A stretch of 64,000 bases of DNA from a virus. Below, one piece after another: positions 21,701-30,700 of the stretch. How positions within the stretch are numbered: the first letter of the stretch is position 1; the number at the start of each line of letters is the position of its first letter. The stretch lies in the IMG/VR virus record IMGVR_UViG_3300043442_000189; one strand, given 5' to 3'. A program made the translations under genes and the position numbers. The notes under the pieces were generated by a model that ran no database searches, was not told the DNA's origin, and saw only the letters and a program-made list of their open reading frames with translations.

Positions 21701-22757
21701 TAAGAGGTACATATGTATCATCCCCAAGTGGAGTTTTATCTACAGCATAATTAAATGTAGGATGAGTCGGTGCTTTTAAAATTTTACCAGTTTCAGGGTG
21801 TCTGCTGAATGCGTGGTAGTAACCATCTTCTTGAGTAGGTTGAGAATAATCAAATTCTTCCGGTCTACCGGATGCATCCCAATAACCTCTTATATCATAC
21901 ATGCTGTCATCAGCTCTTAAATTATCAGGAAGTGTTTGAAAAAACTTTTTAAATTGTTTTTCCTCTTCTGCAGATAATTTAGTTTTAAAATTACTACCAC
22001 CTTCTTGATACTTCTTTTTTGTATTTTTAGGTACAAATACTGGTTGATTAGTAGATTCAGAAACTGCAAATCTATCTAAAGATTGTCTAGGAGTTTCTAA
22101 TGGTTGATAATGATTTACTGGAGGTTCCAGTAATATCTTGTTTAACTCTCTACCTACAGGAGTAGCTGATACTACACTCATTGCTGTTCCAATCGTTTGA
22201 GTGGCGCGATGTGGAATTAATTGTAATGTATTACCTACATATCCTATTGGGTTTTTATTTATAACATCACTTATTGCTCCTGCAGCAGATAATTGTCTAC
22301 TTATAGATGGATTTAATGCTCCTATTGCTTCTAACATTAATTGATTTATATCCCATCCTTCATTATTTGCTTTTTCTAATGCTTCATTTATTGGAGTATT
22401 AGGATCATAATTTGGAGGAATATACCCTGATACTGATAACATTGGAATACATCTTTTTTGTTCTTCGGACCAAATGTATCCAGTAGGACAAGAATTTACT
22501 TTACCTCCAGTTTCTTTTTTAATTTTACCCTTTTGATACTTACCCATAGGTATCTCAGTAACATAATCACCTGGAAACGAATACTCTCCACCAGGCATCA
22601 TTGTTTGTTTGTTACCTAGATTGTCTATACCAACTATAGGGAACGGAACTTCTTTCATAGTAATCTGGTTACTAGGAATGATGTTCATGTCATTGTGTCT
22701 GTCTGGACTATCTGGTAAATATCCGGTCTTGGTAATTTTTACTTTACGCTTCTTCAT
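18753..22757 (-). CDS. Virion-associated multidomain peptidoglycan hydrolase (PG-binding + NlpC/P60/CHAP-like peptidase + lytic transglycosylase-like)
   Basis: PG_binding_1-like LQKELKNAGYDLG..DGVDGVWGPKTEKAY; Cys (DRCAAG), GDVV, HSGVV, THN; SLT-like KESGF, GPTQI, LAHNKG. Confidence 0.75.
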   Translation of the reverse strand: MKKRKVKITKTGYLPDSPDRHNDMNIIPSNQITMKEVPFPIVGIDNLGNKQTMMPGGEYSFPGDYVTEIPMGKYQKGKIKKETGGKVNSCPTGYIWSEEQKRCIPMLSVSGYIPPNYDPNTPINEALEKANNEGWDINQLMLEAIGALNPSISRQLSAAGAISDVINKNPIGYVGNTLQLIPHRATQTIGTAMSVVSATPVGRELNKILLEPPVNHYQPLETPRQSLDRFAVSESTNQPVFVPKNTKKKYQEGGSNFKTKLSAEEEKQFKKFFQTLPDNLRADDSMYDIRGYWDASGRPEEFDYSQPTQEDGYYHAFSRHPETGKILKAPTHPTFNYAVDKTPLGDDTYVPLIGIDGNVYMRDLNWDSQQAFEEDTYKQGGIYLGKYEFKDGGLVKASEGIQTNFRRTNIDKSKVLSLQKELKNAGYDLGKSGKSKDGVDGVWGPKTEKAYRDFTNKKARTETSQDSTQTPIFSEEDSTVFNEQIADTSSTLHNKALDNSLPEQVQQKNIKVTDIPQYTQSGLAVDQGFQPLETEDKYAYEIKNPDYSIPADTLNPDQFYYGSKRGVIELPDGTKQAFMETVPSQSIMGEISDVPYNPIEAETQALTEGTVEKLDYVLQKNAPNLYRDDGTSCMINGKVEDRCAAGYQLGLDINFGDKLNRKDLGITGDSWEVGQNIIDKGGSRVYGLTNDLDITPTEYDNKGVKNLLESEKKKRKIDAQKITNDAQVGDVVEMWYKDSGSQEEALSNSKGNTLTTHSGVVTEKDGVKYVTHNIHGTWHTDKLQDVINGKRKYMASGIVRPNYKVDENALGVKVSDKPRYLKADDEERGLIHEGEKWSSKQGDNGAVIPAQSTEANNYVQGLAYYAPQVQQDFKLSDNETSEIMKLAFGVYGKESGFSHGDKYTSKRKNRKLTKLYKDIAPDWMFEGDEMSSGPTQIKVDTNFNTDKEKALLQKYGVDDKNIWDEKNAAAATLLETARNYERFKQAFGVGFDNMDPITMRNVLALAHNKGIDNVLKNEFTDISKAESRNLLERAYDYATTDTSWSESKLKGTKRRDYGSLKSGLGQYANLHKNAGSYANLVQDYSASLDVDYNKVKSNYWNTDAKQRADREHYDYTDWTDPSFVYDEAISPVVENVESVVREGTKYAGRGMRAADRKIERGLKALEKKTRGAVNKVKKKVRMQDGGIYMGTYEFKDGGLVRMQEGGDMPFGLPLKEQNIYLLPEYNQPINPETGEILPDPQRPNLGMDTGATEYKYTYGSDEGDIDVPSVVSGQYIGDQALDRYMLTGERFKTMNDPGSYSKFYDQIGQLGLMQEKNGGSVRKVKIKSLPRKNQ
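19140..19214 (-). repeat. Second copy of a triple-GG linker block within the 1334-aa gene (first copy about 21558-21629)
   Basis: MQDGGIYMGTYEFKDGGLVRMQEGG vs YKQGGIYLGKYEFKDGGLVKASEG. Confidence 0.75.
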
Positions 22758-25700
22758 TATCTAGGAGAGTATTGATTCTTCACATTAGTTATCTTGAACA
22801 ACATTTTGATTGGTCCTGATATATTACGATATAACAAGACGTGAGTAGTATAGTGTCTAAACTTCTTTCTTTCAAATGCTGACTTCTGATAATCTAGGTT
22901 GTTTATATTTAGTTGCCTCTTGTAACCGTTTAGTTCGGTGCTCCATATGGATTGCTGAACATTAGGAAAGGTGAATTCTCCGCGATCTCTAGTTATATCC
23001 CAGAACTGATTCATTCTATATTTCTGTTCTTCTTTACTATACAGAATATCAATACTAGTGGGATTAATTATAGGATACTGTAGCGCAGCTATTGGATTAC
23101 CTTTCGGATTCAGATTTAGATTTAATACACCTGATACTTGTTCTGTATTGTGTACAACAGCATGATCAAAGTTAAAATCAAGCACATGATACATATCAAT
23201 ACCATCAACATCGTAAGTATAACACTCTAAATCATACTCTAATGACTTTAGTGTGTTTACTATCTGTCCTGTTGCAGCAATGTATTCAATTTCAAATGGG
23301 TAGTCAACACCATAGAAGTTAGAAAATAAATCTGTTCTATCGTTATGTCTCCAGATACCACCTTCACCAGCAGCATTAGTTTTAGTTGTCAAGAAATAAT
23401 TTTTACTTGATACAGCTAACTCAGGATGCCAATCGTGGAAAGATATCCACATTTGATTTTTTGGATCATAACTAATAGTCCAACTACAATCTTCAAAGTA
23501 TGCAGGATCACCAAGTTGAACTTCAATAGAATTATTAACTAAGAAAGTATTATATCCTTTTTGAGGAGCATATACCACAGTATCTGTAATATCTCTTCTC
23601 TTTCTAAAATCTCGTTTAGAAAAATACAGTATCATATTACTATTATCAAATACTGATTGGCATCCAATACCCACAATAGGATTATCCGTATATATGTAAT
23701 CAGGAAAATCTAAGGTAAGCTGATATGGTAAATATTTATTAAACCACCAGCGCATACTTGCTGCTGATATTTCATCTAAACCTTGTCCGGTTACAGCAAA
23801 AACTTTACCCTGAGATTGACTAACATAAAAAGCACCAACTGGAGTATTTGTAATAGACAATCTATTCTGACAAGATCCATGTTGGAACTCTGAGTCAGCA
23901 TTAGTTAAGTACTGTAAAGGTTGTGAAAATAATCCACCATCACCTATAGTTATCTTAGTACCAGCATCTGTTTGTAAAGTATCCACCCCTAAAAACTGCG
24001 CAGGTCCCTGTGTTTCAAATAGTATCAAAGCTCCATTTTTAGAAATGGGTTTAACAGCTATTACTCTAGATGTAAAGTCTTTGTAATTATTTGGTAAGAA
24101 TACTTGCCAAAAGTCATTGACTGCTTCATCTTGTTGTGGTAATGAATATATAATTCTATTAGGATAATATGTGTAACAAGTTTCTGCAACCATTGGGTTA
24201 TAGTATCTTGCTTGCATTGATCCCCAAGATACAAAGTTGTTAAAGATTCTAGACACACTTAAAGATAAGTCATATTTAAAATAGTTACCAGATTTGATTA
24301 CATCTGTTCCAAATAGTTCTTTTAAATTAGTAAATCTATAAGGATCGTAATGTCTTTCAGCTATGCTATTTCCCCAGTCTCTTAAGTCTACATTAATTTC
24401 AGACTCTACAAAAAAGTCACGAACACCAGATTGAAATAAGTAAAAGTATACATCTTTTTTAGATAACTTAAATGCACTACCTATAGCACTAAGACCCTGA
24501 CCAAAAAATCCTTCACTATCTGTAAACGGATCAAGATCTAAATTATGCATATCATTAGGTAGCGCATCAAATAATTGACCTATTTGAAATCCTACTATTG
24601 AGCTTATGAACTTACTTACAAATAAGTTTGTATCAAACTTTGTAAAATCTGCCCAGAATCTAGGATTAGATACCATACTTCTAAGTCTATAATCAAACTC
24701 AGTTCCATCAGGTTGATCCATCAACCAATCATAGAAATAGAAAAATGTATTCTTTTCTGTATATCTTCCTATATACACATCTCCTCCAAATACTATAGAA
24801 GAATCTGGCATTAAAACAGATGTGTCTGTAGAGGTATTTGTGATGGGAACTTTAGTTACGCAACCTGTAGTAAGTTGTCTTATCGTAGGTAATTGTCCAT
24901 ACTGATTACGCAATCTTACTTTTAATCCAGCATAATAACTATAGCTACTAGTTTGAAACTCTTCAAATCTTCTTTTTTCGTTTTGTAATCTAGGTTCAAT
25001 ATTTCTAGCAGTACTAAGAACTTGTGTTGAGTTATCTATACCAACCGTAGCACTTATAGGATTCGAGGTATTTAATGTTACACAACGTCCTCTGAATATA
25101 TTATTTATCGTAATATTTTCAAAGTTCTGAAGTTGATTTTCTAAATACCCTGAAGCTTTTATATATCTTCTAGAATTACCTATAGTTAAAGCTCCTTTAG
25201 TGTGTCTTAATAAAGAACCGTGGGATATGTATTTTAAAGCATATTGTCTATACTTTGTAAACTTTAAAATTAAATCAATAAATCTATCGGTACCATCAAC
25301 AACATAATTAATATACATAAACGCACCTGTAACAGCTCTGATTGCAGTTGGCATAGATCCAAATTCACTATACTCATAAGTAGTTACCTGAGTTGATCCT
25401 ATACCACCTGTTGTAGGTGTTACTGTTGTAGCAGGTACTAAAAGAGCACTATCTGTACCTGTAAAACCCGCATCTAGATATATACTTAAAGCACTATCTC
25501 CAGCAGGGTTAAAAAGGGTTCCGATTACGTTAGCTAATGTCCATTCAGCTTGATCATATGCATTTTGTGCAAATGGTAAAGCTGCGTTATTAACAGCATT
25601 ACCCGCCGAAATTATAGGACCGCTTACAGGACCAGCTATTAAACCAGATATACCAGCATTAAATATTTGTGCTGGTTTATATTCTTTTATTTCTTTACCT

Positions 25701-27865
25701 CTAATTGCTTGACTCGCTATAGAAATACCACCTACTGCAGCTAGTACAAATGCTAAGTCTGTTGGTAATTTATGTTTAGGATGCTTATCAATAGGTTCAA
25801 AATTACCAGTAACATTATTAGGACTACCTACTTCTCCATATAATTTTAATTCTTGTGCAGAAAGAAAAGGATTTTTAAATTGTGTATCAGGAGAATGAAA
25901 GGTAAACAAACTATCTGAAACATTATTTAAAAAGTTGTTAGAGTCATTCCAACCTGAATCGTCTATCCATGATATAGATGTTAATGAAGGGTCGGGTTGT
26001 CTAGAATTATATGGGTAGTTTTGATAATAAATATTTTCATTATCTACGTTTCTATATGAACGCATGTTGTTAATGATACCCTTTGCTATGACAGTTTTGT
26101 TTCCTTCTCTAGAACTTCTTAAAATTTCATATCCCACAATACCCGGTATTGCCATACCATAGTTATCAACAGGACATTTTATATTTTTAAATTGTACACC
26201 TAATACGCGAATAGCTACAGGTTTTAATCCATTAACGCGAATTCTAGAAAAACCATCTACACCTGAAGGAAGATCTAATGATACATTTAGAACATCCGCA
26301 GGCATTTTGTGATGACGAATAGGTTTACCACAAAGATCATAACTATCATTTCCAGGATCTGACCAACTGTGTGCTGACGCATTCCATATGTCAGGTCTAT
26401 CATTAGGATAATTCTCAGTGGATTCCCAATACCCCATTTTACCAGTAGCAATAACAGCACCACCAACAAATGGAGCAGATTCTTGTAAAGCCACACTGTT
26501 TGTATATGCAGTATTAATACTTTCCCAAATTGCAGGTGCTACATAAGGACCCCCTTGATCAAGATGTTGTTGATATTCTACGTTATCAAAAGTACCAGTT
26601 GCAAGTGATGCTATATCAGTACCATCAGGATTTAATTCTCTTCCTATTTCTTTTGCTCTACCTGGAATATGATACGAACTTGATCTTTCTCCTGTGTTAT
26701 ATACCCATCTGATCCAGAATGCATATTGTTCATCGCGCATGTATCCTGTATCATTTCCTCCTCTCTTATAGTAATCAGGAGACTGTTCAACCATAACCCA
26801 CTCAGTATTAATCTGATTAGCTAAAGGTTGATAGTTGAAATCAAATTTAGTACGGGGTCCTGTTCGTAGCATATACGGACCGTTCACATACAAACCATCT
26901 GACTTTTCATAAGCAGGTGATCTTAACGGAATTACTTCAATAGGTACACTAGGTAAACTCTCATCTATGTAATCTATAGATATAGATACTGGTCCTTTTG
27001 TATTATATAATCCTATTCTTTTAGCGCTTGTTTGTTGATTAATAGTTCTTACAATGACTAATTCAAATTCATCAAATGTTTTTGAATCTAGATTTTTTAT
27101 TGTAACTTCTAATGATCCTGATAAGTTATCATGATCAAATAGTGCTTGAACTTCACTAGGTGTATAATAATCTGAATATCTCTGACCATTAATAGTATAC
27201 GCTACCACAGCATAATAAGATCCATTTTGTAAAGCACCGCCTGCCGCTCCTTTACTAATTGTAACACATGGTATAGTGATTAATTTAGCAAGTCTTATTT
27301 CTTCACAATCTAACTGATATGGTGGTTTAGGTTGACAATCAACGCAATCTCTATCAGGATTAATGTCTTCACAAAAGTATGGTACACCCGGCCATGGTTG
27401 ATCGAACGGTCCTAATCTAATATCACCAATGTTCATGGTTCTGTCAGGATTTAAACCATCTATCCAATACAACTGATAAGAACAATCAAAGTTCTCTTTT
27501 GCTGTACCAATAATAAGATTTGACTTTTTAAAGTTTAGACAAGGATCGTTTACTACAGTAGTGTAAGTACACGAATCTTCTTTAAATAATCCAATTTCAG
27601 AATTTACATCATCAGTAGAGTATACTGCCCAATAGTCACTTGTAACTCGTACCTGACCGATAATAGTATATGGTGCATTTGTACACAACTTGTTTGCGGG
27701 TTCGTTACCAATGATACCTACGTCTCCACCAGCTGTATTATTTGTAGCATTGCGCGCATGCGACCACGTACCTTCTGGATAAAAGATATCATCAAAGTCT
27801 TTAATAAGACCTTTATTAAAGATTTCTGATTCTTGACTATTCGCTGAATCTTGCTGCTTCGCCAT
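22757..27865 (-). CDS. Tail muzzle / tail stabilization protein
   Basis: 1702 aa beta-rich protein; N-terminus FNKGLIKDFDD..WSHARNA; position right after ring proteins as in crAss-like phages. Confidence 0.7.
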   Translation of the reverse strand: MAKQQDSANSQESEIFNKGLIKDFDDIFYPEGTWSHARNATNNTAGGDVGIIGNEPANKLCTNAPYTIIGQVRVTSDYWAVYSTDDVNSEIGLFKEDSCTYTTVVNDPCLNFKKSNLIIGTAKENFDCSYQLYWIDGLNPDRTMNIGDIRLGPFDQPWPGVPYFCEDINPDRDCVDCQPKPPYQLDCEEIRLAKLITIPCVTISKGAAGGALQNGSYYAVVAYTINGQRYSDYYTPSEVQALFDHDNLSGSLEVTIKNLDSKTFDEFELVIVRTINQQTSAKRIGLYNTKGPVSISIDYIDESLPSVPIEVIPLRSPAYEKSDGLYVNGPYMLRTGPRTKFDFNYQPLANQINTEWVMVEQSPDYYKRGGNDTGYMRDEQYAFWIRWVYNTGERSSSYHIPGRAKEIGRELNPDGTDIASLATGTFDNVEYQQHLDQGGPYVAPAIWESINTAYTNSVALQESAPFVGGAVIATGKMGYWESTENYPNDRPDIWNASAHSWSDPGNDSYDLCGKPIRHHKMPADVLNVSLDLPSGVDGFSRIRVNGLKPVAIRVLGVQFKNIKCPVDNYGMAIPGIVGYEILRSSREGNKTVIAKGIINNMRSYRNVDNENIYYQNYPYNSRQPDPSLTSISWIDDSGWNDSNNFLNNVSDSLFTFHSPDTQFKNPFLSAQELKLYGEVGSPNNVTGNFEPIDKHPKHKLPTDLAFVLAAVGGISIASQAIRGKEIKEYKPAQIFNAGISGLIAGPVSGPIISAGNAVNNAALPFAQNAYDQAEWTLANVIGTLFNPAGDSALSIYLDAGFTGTDSALLVPATTVTPTTGGIGSTQVTTYEYSEFGSMPTAIRAVTGAFMYINYVVDGTDRFIDLILKFTKYRQYALKYISHGSLLRHTKGALTIGNSRRYIKASGYLENQLQNFENITINNIFRGRCVTLNTSNPISATVGIDNSTQVLSTARNIEPRLQNEKRRFEEFQTSSYSYYAGLKVRLRNQYGQLPTIRQLTTGCVTKVPITNTSTDTSVLMPDSSIVFGGDVYIGRYTEKNTFFYFYDWLMDQPDGTEFDYRLRSMVSNPRFWADFTKFDTNLFVSKFISSIVGFQIGQLFDALPNDMHNLDLDPFTDSEGFFGQGLSAIGSAFKLSKKDVYFYLFQSGVRDFFVESEINVDLRDWGNSIAERHYDPYRFTNLKELFGTDVIKSGNYFKYDLSLSVSRIFNNFVSWGSMQARYYNPMVAETCYTYYPNRIIYSLPQQDEAVNDFWQVFLPNNYKDFTSRVIAVKPISKNGALILFETQGPAQFLGVDTLQTDAGTKITIGDGGLFSQPLQYLTNADSEFQHGSCQNRLSITNTPVGAFYVSQSQGKVFAVTGQGLDEISAASMRWWFNKYLPYQLTLDFPDYIYTDNPIVGIGCQSVFDNSNMILYFSKRDFRKRRDITDTVVYAPQKGYNTFLVNNSIEVQLGDPAYFEDCSWTISYDPKNQMWISFHDWHPELAVSSKNYFLTTKTNAAGEGGIWRHNDRTDLFSNFYGVDYPFEIEYIAATGQIVNTLKSLEYDLECYTYDVDGIDMYHVLDFNFDHAVVHNTEQVSGVLNLNLNPKGNPIAALQYPIINPTSIDILYSKEEQKYRMNQFWDITRDRGEFTFPNVQQSIWSTELNGYKRQLNINNLDYQKSAFERKKFRHYTTHVLLYRNISGPIKMLFKITNVKNQYSPR

Positions 27866-27866
27866 A

Positions 27867-28772
27867 TTAAACTACATTATTGATATTAAATTGTGTGGGA
27901 CGACCTATAGATTTAAACATATCATAGTACTTAGAGTACATTGCTTTTCTATTCATCGCCCATACCTTTTGCATCTCAGAGAAGTTAGGTGTATTAACTA
28001 TAGATAACGCATTGTTTCTAGCGGCACGTAACTCGGCGTTTACTAACTGAAACTGATTAGCAATTGTTGGATTACCATCCATCAACATATTTTCTAATAT
28101 ACGCTTCTTAAGCGCATACTCATAATATTCATTAATCATTGGATGATCAGGAACTAGTAAGTTACCTTCAGCATCTTCCATATTACCTTGGTAGTTGATA
28201 TATAGTTTTCCAGTTTCTAGATTTGTAAATATAAACCCATCTTTGATATAACCTTCATCTTTACCTTTATAGTTTAAGTCTGCACAATCACAATTGATCA
28301 TGTAAGCATTTTTAAATCTTAAAGGAGTAAGCATGTTATATGTACGAGTTTCTGTACCTATTACCTGTATGAGACTATATGTATTACCGCATTGTGTTAA
28401 GCATGTAGACTCAGGAGGTAACGTTGTTCCAGCACATGTTGTAGCTTCAACCCAAGGTTTGTAACTAGGTACAACTTCTTGAATATTAGTTCCTTGCGGA
28501 AGTGTTGTTGTAATACTGTATTCTCCACAAAGTAATGCAAAGTTCATTACATGAAAGTTCTCAGGAAGACGTGTCCTATAGTGTTCTATTTCTAGAACCA
28601 TTTCATTAGTCTTTTCTATGCGCAGACCTAAATCATAGTTTACTTTCATTGCAATCTTAATTAACTGTGCTGGTTCAATAACACCGTCTGTTGCAATACT
28701 GCGTAAGTCTGTTCTTACATCTTCGAGTAAAGAATCAAAACTTCTGTATTTGAGTGTATAATTATAATTCAT
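27867..28772 (-). CDS. Tail ring (tubular) protein
   Basis: 301 aa; LYINYQG..D..GNLLVPDHP..EYYEYALK pattern of tail tubular proteins; adjacent to muzzle gene. Confidence 0.6.
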   Translation of the reverse strand: MNYNYTLKYRSFDSLLEDVRTDLRSIATDGVIEPAQLIKIAMKVNYDLGLRIEKTNEMVLEIEHYRTRLPENFHVMNFALLCGEYSITTTLPQGTNIQEVVPSYKPWVEATTCAGTTLPPESTCLTQCGNTYSLIQVIGTETRTYNMLTPLRFKNAYMINCDCADLNYKGKDEGYIKDGFIFTNLETGKLYINYQGNMEDAEGNLLVPDHPMINEYYEYALKKRILENMLMDGNPTIANQFQLVNAELRAARNNALSIVNTPNFSEMQKVWAMNRKAMYSKYYDMFKSIGRPTQFNINNVV

Positions 28773-28774
28773 GA

Positions 28775-29443
28775 TTATGATCTAAGTAAACTTTGTTTGT
28801 CTGCAGGTGCCGGATCCGTATTTATCTGACTACTTCTTAAGAAGTCGTTGATTACTTGTTGTTCTATTTGTGCAAATAGATCAGCGGGTATATTTAAGTA
28901 TTGACTTTGTACAGCTTGACATTCATCATCACAAGTTAATCCAGCTAAGGAACCTTCAAAGATTCCATCAATTTGAGCACTATCCCATTCAACATTAGGA
29001 ATAAAAAGATAACCGTCTAATAACCAGTAATACTTTTTGTTATTATATTTGAATCCGGATGTTTTTTGTAATGACGTATATAACTGAGGAGTTGTTCTGA
29101 ACGCTTCTACGGAACCATCTATAGATGCTACTGTTCTTAATAGCGGTCCATTAGATCCTTCTAAAATAGCAGGTAGTTTTTCTTTAGTACGTTTAATTTT
29201 TATTCCTGATTGCACTTCGCAACAAGCTGCAACTTTATCAACCTCTATAAGATCGACGCAAGGTATTCTTTTATACAAAGAGTTAAACTTTGCTTGACTG
29301 GTTTGACCATCCTGTCTTTTGATAAACATCTTAGCATACTTAAGTATGTTACTGTAAATCAATCGATCAGTAATAAAAGAGTCAGCATCAACTGCTTTGA
29401 TACCATTACGTACTCTTGATATTGCTTCAGCTATTGTATTCAT
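28775..29443 (-). CDS. Tail ring protein
   Basis: 222 aa; YWLLDGYLFIPN..IDGIFE and terminal IP.DL..QIEQ.V pattern; synteny. Confidence 0.55.
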   Translation of the reverse strand: MNTIAEAISRVRNGIKAVDADSFITDRLIYSNILKYAKMFIKRQDGQTSQAKFNSLYKRIPCVDLIEVDKVAACCEVQSGIKIKRTKEKLPAILEGSNGPLLRTVASIDGSVEAFRTTPQLYTSLQKTSGFKYNNKKYYWLLDGYLFIPNVEWDSAQIDGIFEGSLAGLTCDDECQAVQSQYLNIPADLFAQIEQQVINDFLRSSQINTDPAPADKQSLLRS

Positions 29444-30009
29444 TATTCAAATTCGTTATATTCATCTGATATATCCACGTTTATTTTTTTCTTAGGTACT
29501 TTATGGTAACTTGATATATAATCTTTACCGTTAACCTCTACATACATTTTCCAGTTTTCTGGAAACATCTTTGCTACCAATCTTTTAAACTCACGCGCTG
29601 GTTTAAAAATCCATAATGTACTATCCTCTATTCTATACTTAACATTAGTGTTTGTATAGAATATTTTACCTAGCTGACCATCTGTGGTCCAGTTCTTATG
29701 CATGACTTTTACACCATACTTAATTGATTTACCAAAGTCCACATTCTCTTTTTGAACAACATGACAGCTACCTATAAATAATCTACCAATACCTTGCGAT
29801 AAGTCTACACCCTCTCTAGTATTAATAACAGTATCAACTATTTTCTCTTTATTAAATGTTCTGATAATCTTAGCTATCTGAGCAGGTTTATATTTTTTCA
29901 AATGAGGATACTTCTCCCGTAAAGCTTTTAAAAAATGTTTATCGTGTGCATTTTTTCTAGGTGCTCTGTAACGAGGTTTATTAAGATCCGGTTTTCTAAA
30001 GTTCTCCAT
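29443..30009 (-). CDS. HU/IHF-like DNA-binding protein
   Basis: Basic 188 aa; IIRTF..KIVDTVIN.REGVDLSQGIGRLFIG and FKPAREFKRLV resemble the HU/IHF fold; such genes occur in crAss tail modules. Confidence 0.55.
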   Translation of the reverse strand: MENFRKPDLNKPRYRAPRKNAHDKHFLKALREKYPHLKKYKPAQIAKIIRTFNKEKIVDTVINTREGVDLSQGIGRLFIGSCHVVQKENVDFGKSIKYGVKVMHKNWTTDGQLGKIFYTNTNVKYRIEDSTLWIFKPAREFKRLVAKMFPENWKMYVEVNGKDYISSYHKVPKKKINVDISDEYNEFE

Positions 30010-30018
30010 AGTCCTTAT

Positions 30019-30028
30019 TATAATTTAC
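30019..30028 (-). promoter_or_regulatory. Putative phage late promoter GTAAATTATA
   Basis: One of six intergenic GTAWMTTATW copies; downstream of a terminator and 9 nt before ATG. Confidence 0.55.
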
Positions 30029-30081
30029 AAAATTTATTCGAGGTTTGAAAGTTACAAAGGATTTAAGTATCAACCAAATAG

Positions 30082-30107
30082 AAAAACCCCTGATCATTAC
30101 CAGGGGT
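30082..30107 (-). terminator. Rho-independent terminator
   Basis: Minus strand ACCCCTGGT-AATG-ATCAGGGGT followed by TTTT. Confidence 0.8.
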
Positions 30108-30118
30108 CTCTCAGGTTA

Positions 30119-30144
30119 GTCACGCTAAACCAACAAACGTAGAC
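30119..30144 (-). other. Intergenic RNA stem-loop with UGUUGGUUU loop (candidate regulatory element)
   Basis: GUCUACGUU-UGUUGGUUU-AGCGUGAC: 8 pairs with one bulge, between a stop codon and the terminator. Confidence 0.45.
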
Positions 30145-30147
30145 TAT

Positions 30148-30699
30148 TTATGAATTTGTTGTAAATGAGATTGTAGCTGTAATACTACCTTGTCCAATAC
30201 CACATACGCTTTCTAATTTCGCATAGTAGGTTGTACCAGCTGTTAAATTCTGAACAGTTAAACTACCACCTGTTAAAGTATCAATAGTACTAACTGTTCC
30301 AAAATTAGGATCTGTAGATATGCTTAATGAATAGGTATCACCTAAAGGAAGTACATCTGTCCAGTTAAATACTACAGCTGTAGTACCTAAATAACTAAGA
30401 TGGAAATCCATTGCACAAGGACAAGTTGGTTCCCAAAAGTTAACTGATAACATCTGATATACTTGTTCTAAAGTAGTATTCGGAGTTATCTGCATACCTG
30501 GTAAACCTACTGAGTTTAGCGCGTTATATATATTATATAGAGGTCGATGTTTTACACAAGTATCTAAGATAGTTTCACTACAAGGATTAGGATCTGGAAA
30601 CAATGGGTCCGGAGGACATTGTGGAACAAAAGGAACTTGAACAGGTGTATCCTTACACCCGCAAGTATTATTTGATGTATTACATTTAGTGCATGCCAT
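30148..30699 (-). CDS. Cys-rich virion decoration protein with C-terminal FN3 domain
   Basis: MACTKCNT..CGC N-terminus; FN3 pattern VVFNW..Y.L....LTVQNLTAGTTYYAKLESVC. Confidence 0.6.
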   Translation of the reverse strand: MACTKCNTSNNTCGCKDTPVQVPFVPQCPPDPLFPDPNPCSETILDTCVKHRPLYNIYNALNSVGLPGMQITPNTTLEQVYQMLSVNFWEPTCPCAMDFHLSYLGTTAVVFNWTDVLPLGDTYSLSISTDPNFGTVSTIDTLTGGSLTVQNLTAGTTYYAKLESVCGIGQGSITATISFTTNS

Positions 30700-30700
30700 A

